From an uncultured delta proteobacterium (GTDB lineage Bacteria > Desulfobacterota > RBG-13-43-22), in NCBI GenBank assembly GCA_963843145.1, contig CAWJJC010000022.1, positions 96,001 to 160,000 on the forward strand: a DNA stretch of 64,000 nucleotides. The letters run 5' to 3'. Position 1 is the first letter of the stretch, and the number at the start of each line of letters is the position of its first letter. The position numbers and the translations under genes are program-made. The notes beneath the pieces are model-generated. The model worked only from the letters and a program-made list of their open reading frames with translations. It ran no database searches and was not told the origin of the DNA. This document shows, one piece after another, positions 28,929 through 37,690 of the stretch.

Positions 28929-30557
28929 TTAACCCAATATCGCCTTGAGATCCTCGTCCGGTGTGGTGATGGGCATGACGTTGAACGTCTTTACCAACAC
29001 ATCCAGGACATTGGGGGTGATGAAGGCCGGTAGGGAGGGCCCCAGCCGAATGTTCTTGATCCCCAGGTAAAACAAGGTCAACAAAATGGCTACGGCCTTC
29101 TGCTCATACCAGGAAAGGATCATGGACAAGGGTAGGTCATTGACCCCCACGTTAAAGGCCTTGGACAAGGCCACAGCGATCTGGATGGCCGAATAGGCAT
29201 CATTGCACTGCCCCACGTCCAGGAGGCGCGGGATCCCGCCGATATCTCCCAATTCTTTGTCAAAAAACCGGAACTTGCCGCAGGCCAGGGTGAGGATGAC
29301 CGAATCTTTGGGCGCTTTTTCCACAAACTCGGTGTAGTAGTTTCGGCCCGGTTTGGCCCCGTCGCAACCGGCTACGAGGAAGAAGTGACTGATCGCCTTG
29401 TTCTTGACCGCCTCGATCACCTGGCCGGCCACGCTCATCACGGTGTTCCGGCCGAACCCGACGGTGACCGTTTTCCCGTTGCTGTCTTCCGCAAATCCAG
29501 GCAGGGCCAAAGCCTTTTCGATAACCGGAGCAAAGTCTTTCCCGGCAATATGGGCGACGCCGGGGAAGCCCACCAATCCCGTGGTGAAAATATTGGCCTG
29601 GTAGGATTCCTTGGGCTTCTGAATGCAGTTGGTGGTCATCAGGATGGCCCCGGGAAACTCGCCGAACTCTTTGTGCTGATTCTGCCAGGCCGTCCCATAA
29701 TGGCCATAGAAATGGGCATACTTTTTCAATGCAGGATAACCGTGGGTGGGCAGCATCTCGCCGTGGGTATAAACATTAATCCCTTTGCCTTCGGTCTGTT
29801 TCAGGATCAGTTCCAGGTCTTTCAGGTCATGGCCGGAAACCAGGATGGCCTTGCCCTTTTTATGCCCTAGGGGAACCTTGGTTGGTACGGGATGTCCGTA
29901 GGTTTCCGTATTGGCTGCATCCAGGATTTCCATGGCTTTTAAATTGGCCTCGCCGCATTTCAAGGTCAGGCCCACCCAGTCGTCCAAGGTCAGGTCTTTG
30001 TTCAGGGCGGCGGCCAATCCTTCATGGATAAAGGCATAGACGGACTCATCTTCCTTGCCCAAGATCTGGGCATGGTCAGCGTAAGCGGCGACCCCCTTAA
30101 TCCCGAAAGTGACGGTCCAAATCAGCGCGTGAATATCTCTATCCGTAGTGGTATCTGATTGAATTCCAACCTTTTCTCCCTGGGCGATCATTCCCTCCAG
30201 GGTATCGGCCAGGATTAAATCCGCCGGTCCCTTCGGAAAATCCACTTTTCCGCCGGCCGCTTTCACCTTGGCTTTCAATTTTTCCCGCAGGGCCACGGTC
30301 TCTTTCAGTAAAGGAGCGAACCGCTCGGCGTCAAAATCGACATTGGTCAAAGTCGAAAACAAGGCCTTGACGGTAAAAATATTGGCCTCCGGGTCGCTGA
30401 TGCCCACCTTCCGGCCTTCCACTGCCACCTGGGACAAGCCCCGCATGGCATACACGACCAGATCCTGCAGGGCGGCTACTTCGGGTTGCTTTCCGCAGAC
30501 CCCGACTTTGGTACAGCCTTCCCCTTTGGCGGTTTGTTCACATTGATAACAAAACAT
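28929..30557 (-). CDS. hcp: Hybrid cluster protein (hydroxylamine reductase)
   Basis: MFCYQCEQT...GCTKVGVCGK, SGHDL, THGEMLP, TTNC, GCDG, LACGK, GQCNDAYS, WYEQKA. Confidence 0.97.
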   Translation of the reverse strand: MFCYQCEQTAKGEGCTKVGVCGKQPEVAALQDLVVYAMRGLSQVAVEGRKVGISDPEANIFTVKALFSTLTNVDFDAERFAPLLKETVALREKLKAKVKAAGGKVDFPKGPADLILADTLEGMIAQGEKVGIQSDTTTDRDIHALIWTVTFGIKGVAAYADHAQILGKEDESVYAFIHEGLAAALNKDLTLDDWVGLTLKCGEANLKAMEILDAANTETYGHPVPTKVPLGHKKGKAILVSGHDLKDLELILKQTEGKGINVYTHGEMLPTHGYPALKKYAHFYGHYGTAWQNQHKEFGEFPGAILMTTNCIQKPKESYQANIFTTGLVGFPGVAHIAGKDFAPVIEKALALPGFAEDSNGKTVTVGFGRNTVMSVAGQVIEAVKNKAISHFFLVAGCDGAKPGRNYYTEFVEKAPKDSVILTLACGKFRFFDKELGDIGGIPRLLDVGQCNDAYSAIQIAVALSKAFNVGVNDLPLSMILSWYEQKAVAILLTLFYLGIKNIRLGPSLPAFITPNVLDVLVKTFNVMPITTPDEDLKAILG

Positions 30558-30666
30558 GATCGATCTCCTTTCTTTGATTAAAGTTAGGTTCAATTAATTC
30601 GGAACCAACAGGGCCCGTTTAAACGTCATTTACGTTTAATAATAAGGCGACAACCGCCGAATTGCC

Positions 30667-30680
30667 TTGATTTAAGTCAA
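30667..30680. promoter_or_regulatory. FNR/CRP-family (HcpR-like) binding site at the hcp promoter
   Basis: TTGAT-TTAA-GTCAA; centred ~30 bp upstream of a minus-strand TATTAT -10 (30639-30644), i.e. class II (-41.5) geometry. Confidence 0.75.
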
Positions 30681-30833
30681 CGAACGGAAGTTAAAGTGCA
30701 AGAAAAATCGGGAAAGAGATCGATGGTTAAAATAAAACTAATAATAACAAGTTAATACATCCGGCCATGGCACGCAAGGGAAACGCGGAAAATTAAATTT
30801 TATTTTCCCCATTTTTTTCTTGATTTCTCTAGA

Positions 30834-30867
30834 AATCAACATATAAATGTTTATTTATATGTTGATT
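30834..30867. promoter_or_regulatory. ArsR/SmtB-type operator (perfect 15-4-15 palindrome)
   Basis: AATCAACATATAAAT-GTTT-ATTTATATGTTGATT directly upstream of the ArsR gene. Confidence 0.8.
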
Positions 30868-30903
30868 ATTTCAACGGTTGATTTCAAGAATCAGGAATAC
30901 CTA

Positions 30904-31284
30904 ATGATCAATAAGAGCAGAAACAAAATGAGCGGGGAAGAGGCTGAGGCTTACCCGGAGGAGATAGGAAACCAAGAGGAAGGGGAACAGTCCCTCTCCA
31001 CGGTGGCTTTTTTAGCCAAAAGCCTATCGGATGAAAACCGTTTGCGGGTGCTCCTCAGTCTGCGCCAGGGCCGGCTTTCGGTATCCAGCCTGGTGGAGGG
31101 CTTACAATTGTCCCAACCGCTGATTTCACATCATTTAAAGGAATTAAAAAGGTCGCTTCTAGTCAAGGTCGAGCGCAATGGGCCATTTATCTATTACGAA
31201 CTGGCCGATAAAAGAATCCTTCAGATCATGAAAGACCTGGGGACCGTGGCCGGGGAATTACTGGCCAACCGTCGAACTTTTTAG
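30904..31284 (+). CDS. tsoR: ArsR/SmtB family regulator (TsoR-like)
   Basis: LSDENRLRVL, LSQPLISHHLKELK, VERNGPFIYY; heads the selenoprotein operon. Symbol recalled from NCBIfam naming; start could be 30928. Confidence 0.85.
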   Translation: MINKSRNKMSGEEAEAYPEEIGNQEEGEQSLSTVAFLAKSLSDENRLRVLLSLRQGRLSVSSLVEGLQLSQPLISHHLKELKRSLLVKVERNGPFIYYELADKRILQIMKDLGTVAGELLANRRTF

Positions 31285-31299
31285 TCAGGAGAACAGCCG

Positions 31300-31755
31300 A
31301 TGCCTGGAAAAACGATACTGGAATTAATCGAGAAACTCGAGCCGGAAAAAGCCTTAAAAGAAATTTCTCTGGCGGTCAAAACCCTTTTCCCCTTGCTGGA
31401 TCAGGAGTCCCGGCTGAATTTTGTGGTCAGCCTGATCGGGGATGCCGGAGCGGACAAGGTGGCCAGCCTGGTGAACCTCTGACTGGCGGAATGCCTGGAC
31501 GAAGGTGTCGATCCAACCAAGATGTGCCAGAGTCTAGTGGATAAGGTTTTTCAATCGAAACAGTTAAGAACCGTGGCCGAACCGGATATTTTAGTGCTTT
31601 TTGAAGACTGGCTGGAGGAATTGGAAGAGGAAATCATAAAACAGGTGCAAAAAATCGGTCCCAACGATCTGGGGAAATTGGCTCGAGGGTTGGGGTTGTC
31701 CCAGGCCGGCGTAAATTTCCTGATCACCAAATTAAAGCGGGAAGAAAGGATTTGA
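31300..31755 (+). CDS. tsoA: Selenoprotein with LULAxC motif (Sec at TGA 31480-31482), 151 aa
   Basis: ORFs 31300-31482 and 31522-31755 are in frame and joined by open codons: VNL-TGA-LAECLDEGVDPTKMCQ. Confidence 0.82.
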
Positions 31756-31795
31756 AAGAAAAAGGGCCCTGAATTATTTGGCGGAGGTGTTCTTT

Positions 31796-33529
31796 ATGAA
31801 CCATAAAACCATATTTATTGCCGCCCTCTCAGTGGCTCTGGTAATCGGGGTTCTCTGGTTTACCAACCGGGCCGTAACCCCAACGGCGGCTACCTGGGAA
31901 GATGTTCTCCAGGAAGCCCAGCGCGGCGGCTATCGGATTATCAAGACGGATGAGATCTGGGAACGGGTTCAAAAAAATCCACAGAACCTGATGCTGGTGG
32001 ATACCCGTCAGGAATGGGAATATCGGACCGGACACCTCAGAGGGGCGGTGAATTTCCCCATGGAACCCACGGCCTGGTCCCGCTGGCGAAAACAAAAGGA
32101 GATGGAAACCTTTTTAGGACCCGATAAAAACCGCTTCTTCGTCTTTTACTGAGCGGGCTTGACCTGAGTCCGTAGCGACTCCGCAGCCCGGGTGGCTGTT
32201 AAACTTGGCTATAGAAATGTATATCGCGATCCCTACGGATTTCCGGAATGGCAGGCTAAAGGATATCCCATCAATAGCGCTCCGGCCGGCCTGTCCGGGG
32301 AAGCGGCCCCTCCCAAGACCCCCGGTCCTTTGTATGGCTGGGCCATGATCTGGACCCTGCTGGGCATCTTTGCCGGAGGGATCGCCCTGAACCTGACTCC
32401 ATGCGTCTATCCCATGATTCCCATTACCGTTTCCTATTTTGGGGGGCGGAGCGGACAGGGAAAGGGAAAACTATTGACCCATGGCCTGTTATACCTGGGA
32501 GGGCTGTCGGCCACCAACTCCATTTTGGGTGTCGTCGCGGCCTTGACCGGGGGGCTTATGGGGGCTATGCTTCAAAACCCGCTGGTTTTGGTGATAGTTG
32601 CCGCTATCTTGGTTTTTTTTGCCTCCAGCCTCTTCGGGTTTTGGGAATTGCGCCTTCCCGGAGGCCTTACCAACAGGGCTTCCAAATCATATGCCGGTTA
32701 TTTCGGTTCGTTATTTATGGGCTTGACCCTGGGCGTGGTAGCCGCACCCTGCATTGGTCCTTTCGTTCTCGGACTCTTAACCTGGGTGGCCAGCATGGGG
32801 TCCCCCTGGCTGGGGTTTATTGTCTTTTTTACCTTGAGCCTGGGCCTGGGCCTGCCTTTGTTCTTTCTGGCCTTGTTCTCCGGCAAGATCGAAAAATTGC
32901 CCCGGTCCGGGGAGTGGATGCTCTGGGTTCGAAAACTCATGGGTTGGATCCTGGTGGGCATGGCGGCCTATTTCATTCGGCCCCTCCTATCCGAAACCTT
33001 AGCAGTACTCCTTTTCGTTTCGGTAGCCTTGGGCGCCGGACTGCACCTTGGCTGGCTGGACAAGTCCCGGGCCGGCTTTCGGGCCTTCGCCTGGATGAAA
33101 GGCGGGGCCGGGGTTGCCGGTCTGGTGATTGCCACTTTTATCCTGGGATCCTGGATGATACGCGGTCCGGGGGTGGCCTGGAATGCCTATTCGGACAAGC
33201 TCCTGGCGGAAGCGGCCCAAAACCGGAAACCGGTCATCATCGATTTTTATGCCACCTGGTGTACCCCCTGCCGGGAACTGGAGGAAATCACCTTTCACCA
33301 TCCTGAGGTGGTCAAAAGGGGAAATCGTGATTTTATCATGGTAAAAGTGGACCTGACCCGGGCCGGCGATCCACTAAATGAACGGCTACTCCGTCAGTAT
33401 AAAATCAAAGGAGTTCCAACCGTGGTATTTATAGACTCGAGTGGGAAAGAGCATCCGGACTTAAGGCTGGTCGATTATCTCCCGCCGGATCAGTTCTTGA
33501 AGAAAATGGATACCATAAACCAAAAATAA
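31796..33529 (+). CDS. tsoB: Rhodanese-CcdA/DsbD-thioredoxin fusion selenoprotein with two Sec (TGA 32150-32152 and 32165-32167), 577 aa
   Basis: FVFY-U-AGLT-U-VRSDSAAR.A.KLGY.NVY matches the rhodanese loop VFYCxGxxCxRS; continues in frame to LTPCVYP/AAPCIGP (DsbD TM) and ATWCTPC (Trx). Confidence 0.9.
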
Positions 33530-33547
33530 GGGAGGACGGGTGAACAT

Positions 33548-34057
33548 ATGGCGTACATAGAGAAATTTTTAGGAAAACGGGTCGAGATCCCTGAGGACCG
33601 GCGGTATGTGATTAAACCGGGGCTCTGGGCCAAGGTGGAAGGGCCGGATTTTCGATTTGGTTTAACCGAACCGGAACTGGTTTTGGCCGGTGGGGTCAAT
33701 GACCTGGAATGGCTGGTCTGGGACGGCGAGGAAGTGGAACAGGGACAGTCGATCGCCATTATCATTACCGGAAAAATTAAATATATCGACGTTCCCCTGG
33801 CCGGGGTCCTGGGATTAAATCCAAAAGTGAAAGAGGTCACGGCCCTTATTGCCCAGGATCCTTATGGACAGGGATGGCTGTTTCAAATTAAAAAAGGGTC
33901 CGAAGCGAATGCCGGCTTCGAGGAACTATCATCGGCTGAAGCGTATGTGGCAAGTCTACAGAATTCAGAGGGTTGTAAGAACCCGGAAGGAATAAAGGGC
34001 GGAGTCTCCGGGATCTGCAAGGCAGTTTATACTGGGATCAAAGAACAAAAATTCTAA
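33548..34057 (+). CDS. GcvH-like (glycine cleavage H family) protein with C-terminal Cys pair
   Basis: IPEDRRY..LWAK, FGLT, PLAG, DPYGQGWL; lipoyl site degenerate (ITGKIK); tail GCKNP...GICKAVY. Confidence 0.78.
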   Translation: MAYIEKFLGKRVEIPEDRRYVIKPGLWAKVEGPDFRFGLTEPELVLAGGVNDLEWLVWDGEEVEQGQSIAIIITGKIKYIDVPLAGVLGLNPKVKEVTALIAQDPYGQGWLFQIKKGSEANAGFEELSSAEAYVASLQNSEGCKNPEGIKGGVSGICKAVYTGIKEQKF

Positions 34058-34080
34058 AAATAAGGAAAGGAGAAAATAAT

Positions 34081-34398
34081 ATGGTCAAGGTCCGGTGTTT
34101 TTATAATGAACCCAATGGGAAGCCATGAAAGCATTTTCAGGAAATGATGCCCAGGTTGGGCCAAAAGTACGAAATTGAGGTTGAAATACTATCCAAACCT
34201 ATAGCTGAATACAATACGGATGAATATTTTGAACTGGAATTGCCGGTAGCCCCGGCCATCATGGTGGATGATCAGATCATGGTGGAAGGCTCCGATGTCG
34301 CTGAAGAAAAATTGGAGAACGCCATCCGCGCCAAATTGGGTCTGGAGCCTGTGGCGTCGGAAAAGAAGGGGGTCCTGGGGCGGCTTTTTAGTCGTTAA
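34081..34398 (+). CDS. tsoC: Thioredoxin/glutaredoxin-like selenoprotein, NEPxGxxU motif (Sec at TGA 34126-34128), 105 aa
   Basis: AAGGAG RBS before ATG 34081; MVKVRCFYNEPNGKP-TGA-KHFQEMMPRL is in frame with ORF 34144-34398, which carries the cis-Pro motif PVAPAIMVDD. Confidence 0.88.
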
Positions 34399-34479
34399 AG
34401 GTCGCTTTTCCCCTTGCCTCGTTTGTTTTTTCCTTATACATTCTTAAAATTATAAAAAAAGTTAAAAAGGAGGAGATCC

Positions 34480-34809
34480 ATGAAGACCTTCGAGTATGAG
34501 GGGATGAAGATTGAGCTGGATGAAGAGGGGTATCTTCTGGACTTTGAGGCTTGGGATGAAAAAGTGGCCTGTGCCTTGGCGGAGAGGGAAGGGATAAGCC
34601 AGGACTGTCCCCTGAAACCTGAACAAATGGAAATTCTGAAATTCATCCGAGAATATTATAAGAAGTTTGAATCCGTGCCTGTGGTCCGGGCGGTCTGCAC
34701 CAATGTCCATCAACCTAAAAGTTGCGAATACCTGCAGTTTCCCGATCCACTGATCACCTGTAAAATCGCCGGGATTCCCAAACTGGAAACCGGGTATACC
34801 TTGATGTAA
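34480..34809 (+). CDS. TusE/DsrC-like protein lacking the C-terminal active-site Cys
   Basis: LDEEGYL..F..WDE..A..LA..EGI, FIREYY, CKIAGIPK then ETGYTLM-stop. Confidence 0.85.
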   Translation: MKTFEYEGMKIELDEEGYLLDFEAWDEKVACALAEREGISQDCPLKPEQMEILKFIREYYKKFESVPVVRAVCTNVHQPKSCEYLQFPDPLITCKIAGIPKLETGYTLM

Positions 34810-34833
34810 CCCGGTTCGCTTGAATGGACGCCT

Positions 34834-34859
34834 GCCGCCCCGATGCGGATCGGGGCGGC
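34834..34859. terminator. Hairpin between convergent genes
   Basis: GCCGCCCCGAT-GCGG-ATCGGGGCGGC with a downstream T-tract. Confidence 0.6.
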
Positions 34860-34899
34860 GGAACCCCGGAACGCGCAAGCGGTTTTTTTTCTTCGGCTA

Positions 34900-35877
34900 T
34901 TATAAAAAATACTGAAGGATGTACCGCAGAGCCAGGTAGGTGATGATGGCCCCCAAGAAAAATTTAATGAATTTTTGGGGGACAAATTTCTGGGCCCTGG
35001 CCCCCAAATATATACCGATGAATCCCCCGGCGCCGAAGAGAAATCCCAGGAACCAATCCGGAGCGGTGGTCAGGCCACCGGGGTGGGGTATGAGACTGTA
35101 AAAGATTACTCCCACGATGGAAGTCAGGAAGGTCCCCAGCAGGGCGGCGCCGGCCACGGTATAAACCGGCAAACGGAAGACGGCCACACAAAAGGGGGCG
35201 ATAATGGCCCCGCCGCCGATTCCGTAAGTCCCGCCGATGATCCCTACGAAAAAGGCCAGCAGGGCCATGGCCGGTGTGCTGAAAAAAAATCGTTCTCCCC
35301 AAAATTCATATTCAACCCGGGAGAGGGTAAAACGGATCGTTTTGATCACTGCTTCGGGAGGCAGTCCGGCGTTTACCCTGGCCTTCTGGGTCTGCCTTAG
35401 CTCCCGGACCCGCTGATTGAATTTGTCTTCCAGGGCCTTCAACTGTTTTTTACCCTTCTGGGACCGGGGGGTCATTTCGTAAAGGATACGAACTCCGATA
35501 TAAAGCAGCACGCAGCCCACAAATAACTTAAAGCTCCTGGGATCGGGCAAATATAGAATGCGCAGGTAGTACCCGAGAAAAACCCCGGGCAGGGTGCCCA
35601 CAATCACCACCCAGGTCAGCGGCCAGGCCATCCGCCCCTCCTTCAGGAAGCGATAGACGCCGCTGGGGATAGCCACAATATTGTAGACGAAATTGGTGGC
35701 GCTGACCGAGGGAGTCACGAAGTGCAGGTAGCTCACCTGAAAAGGCAGGAGTAAGAAGGCCCCGGAAACCCCTCCCATGGAGGTGAAGAAGGAAACCACC
35801 AGGGCCACCAGGGGAGGGAGGAAGAGATAGGTCTCAACTCCGGAAACCGAGAACGTCCAAAAAAGACTGTCCATCAT
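34900..35877 (-). CDS. TauE/SafE (TSUP) family membrane transporter
   Basis: TSMGGVSGAFLLLP and GGTYGIGGGAIIAP repeats. Confidence 0.9.
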   Translation of the reverse strand: MMDSLFWTFSVSGVETYLFLPPLVALVVSFFTSMGGVSGAFLLLPFQVSYLHFVTPSVSATNFVYNIVAIPSGVYRFLKEGRMAWPLTWVVIVGTLPGVFLGYYLRILYLPDPRSFKLFVGCVLLYIGVRILYEMTPRSQKGKKQLKALEDKFNQRVRELRQTQKARVNAGLPPEAVIKTIRFTLSRVEYEFWGERFFFSTPAMALLAFFVGIIGGTYGIGGGAIIAPFCVAVFRLPVYTVAGAALLGTFLTSIVGVIFYSLIPHPGGLTTAPDWFLGFLFGAGGFIGIYLGARAQKFVPQKFIKFFLGAIITYLALRYILQYFL

Positions 35878-35918
35878 GGGAACTCCTTATTTATGGTTTA
35901 AAGTAATAGCGAATATGC

Positions 35919-35934
35919 ATCAAAAAATATGCCA
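35919..35934 (-). promoter_or_regulatory. Sigma-54-like promoter (GG-N10-GA variant)
   Basis: TGGCAT-ATTTT-TTGAT on the minus strand, ~40 bp upstream of the TauE start. Confidence 0.55.
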
Positions 35935-36100
35935 TTAAGAACAAGGCTCCGGGGTTCATTTGACTTTTTACCCCATTCTGGTCTATTTTATAAGTTAAAT
36001 TTAGAAGAGAAGTTTTGATCTTAATTTCAAAGGGTTTCGCAGTATTCCGGGCGGGGGGAACCTTTTACCAAACGTCGCGAGGCCCAGAGGGGAAGTTTAA

Positions 36101-37330
36101 ATGCCAGGTCATCATAAAAAGGTTCAGGGATTCTTCCTTAGGTGTATCTTTTTCAGTCTTATCTGTCTCCTGCCCGGTCCATCCTGGGGAGAGAAAAAGA
36201 CCGTCAAGCTCGGTTTCGTGGCGGATATCACCGGTCCTGGGTTTCTGATTGCCCTGTCGCAGAAAAACGCCCTGGAATTGGGCCTGGAAGAGATCAATTC
36301 CTCCGGGGGTCTGCTGGGGCGCCGGGTGGAGCTGATTATCCGTGATTCCCGAATGAGACCGGACCTGGGCGCCAGGCTGACCAAGGAACTGATACTGCGG
36401 GATAAGGCGGATTTTCTCTTCGGGCCGACCAGTCCTTCGGTAGCCCTGGCCGTGTCCCAGGTCTGCAAGGAACAAAAGAAGCTGCTCTGTTTACATAGCG
36501 CCAATATTGAGCGACTGATTAATGAACTGGGCCACCGTTACGTATTTTCGGTAATCCCCAATACCTATATGGAAGGCCAGGCCCTGGCAGCTTTTTTGGC
36601 CAAAAGGGGATATAAAAAGATTTTGATTATCGGACCGGACCTGGAATACGGCCGCAGCCAGGCCGGGGCCTTTAAAAAGAAAATCACTGAAATTAATCCG
36701 GCAACGACCGTTATCAAAGAACTCTGGCCCCGGATTGGTGAACAGGATTACACGCCGTACATCGCTACCATTTTGGCGGCCAAACCGGATATGGTCTGCT
36801 CCCTTCTCTGGGGCGGCGATTTGGCCAGTTTCATGCGCCAGGCCAGTCCCCATCAATTTTTTCAAAAGATCCCCTTTACCGGTTTATTCGATTACGACCT
36901 TTTGAAGGGGTTAGGCAATGAGATGGTTCCGGGATTATACGGTTTTGACCGGGCACCCTTTTACGCCCTGAATAATCCCCAGGCTAAGTCCTTTATTGAA
37001 CGGTACAAGACCCGGACCGGGGAATACCCCTCCGCCTGGTCCATCCTGGCTTACGATGGGTTAATGGCCCTGAGGAAGGCGGTCGACAAGGCCAGGAGCC
37101 TGGAAACGGAAAAAGTGATCGAGGCCCTGGAGGGCCTGAATTGGGACTCTTTAAGGGGACCTCTTCAAATTCGCCCCCAAGATCATCTGGCCAGCGGCGG
37201 TCTATTTTTCGGGACCACCTATAAAGATCCCAAATATTCTTTTTTTATTATGCGAGAGATGGTTTACCTTCCCGGAAATGATCTTTGGCATTCTTTGGAG
37301 GAGATTAAATCCTTGAGAAAATCGCCTTAG
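36101..37330 (+). CDS. Branched-chain amino acid-type ABC substrate-binding protein (orphan)
   Basis: Signal peptide, EEINSSGGLLGRRVE..IRDS, YGRSQ, AYDG; no permease genes adjacent. Confidence 0.88.
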   Translation: MPGHHKKVQGFFLRCIFFSLICLLPGPSWGEKKTVKLGFVADITGPGFLIALSQKNALELGLEEINSSGGLLGRRVELIIRDSRMRPDLGARLTKELILRDKADFLFGPTSPSVALAVSQVCKEQKKLLCLHSANIERLINELGHRYVFSVIPNTYMEGQALAAFLAKRGYKKILIIGPDLEYGRSQAGAFKKKITEINPATTVIKELWPRIGEQDYTPYIATILAAKPDMVCSLLWGGDLASFMRQASPHQFFQKIPFTGLFDYDLLKGLGNEMVPGLYGFDRAPFYALNNPQAKSFIERYKTRTGEYPSAWSILAYDGLMALRKAVDKARSLETEKVIEALEGLNWDSLRGPLQIRPQDHLASGGLFFGTTYKDPKYSFFIMREMVYLPGNDLWHSLEEIKSLRKSP

Positions 37331-37446
37331 TCAATACCCGGCAGGCCACCCGGATGTTGATTTCCGACCAGGAGGTAACCGTGGACGCCGACCGGGGTCG
37401 GGTTTATCGAGGGCGCTTCAAATTCTCTGAAATGACTCCAGTGTAA
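37324..37446 (+). pseudogene. Remnant of a PEP-utilising enzyme swivelling (mobile) domain
   Basis: Translates as ALVNTRQATRMLISDQEVTVDADRGRVYRGR...stop, with no start codon. Confidence 0.6.
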
Positions 37447-37552
37447 CCTGGAGGAACCAGTTTCTTCTTCCCTATTTTCCTGCCCTAGTGCCATCCATTC
37501 CATAACCATTTGAATTTCAATAAGTTGGGCGCTCACCCTTTCAAATTAGGGT

Positions 37553-37568
37553 TGGCATACAAATTGAA
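37553..37568 (+). promoter_or_regulatory. Sigma-54-like promoter (GG-N10-GA variant)
   Basis: TGGCAT-ACAAA-TTGAA. Confidence 0.5.
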
Positions 37569-37690
37569 ATCAATTTAGTGAAACCAGGGGTTTCTCAAAA
37601 ACCATTCTAGTGAAATGCACTGTTTGACAAAAATTACTCGAATGGCGTGCTGCCCTGAAACTTGGTCCTTTTCAGGCAAGGAGACGGTAA

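Noticed and set aside
30768-30783. TGGCACG resembling a sigma-54 -24 box upstream of the ArsR gene
   Set aside because: No TTGC/TTGA at the -12 position (GGGAA instead).
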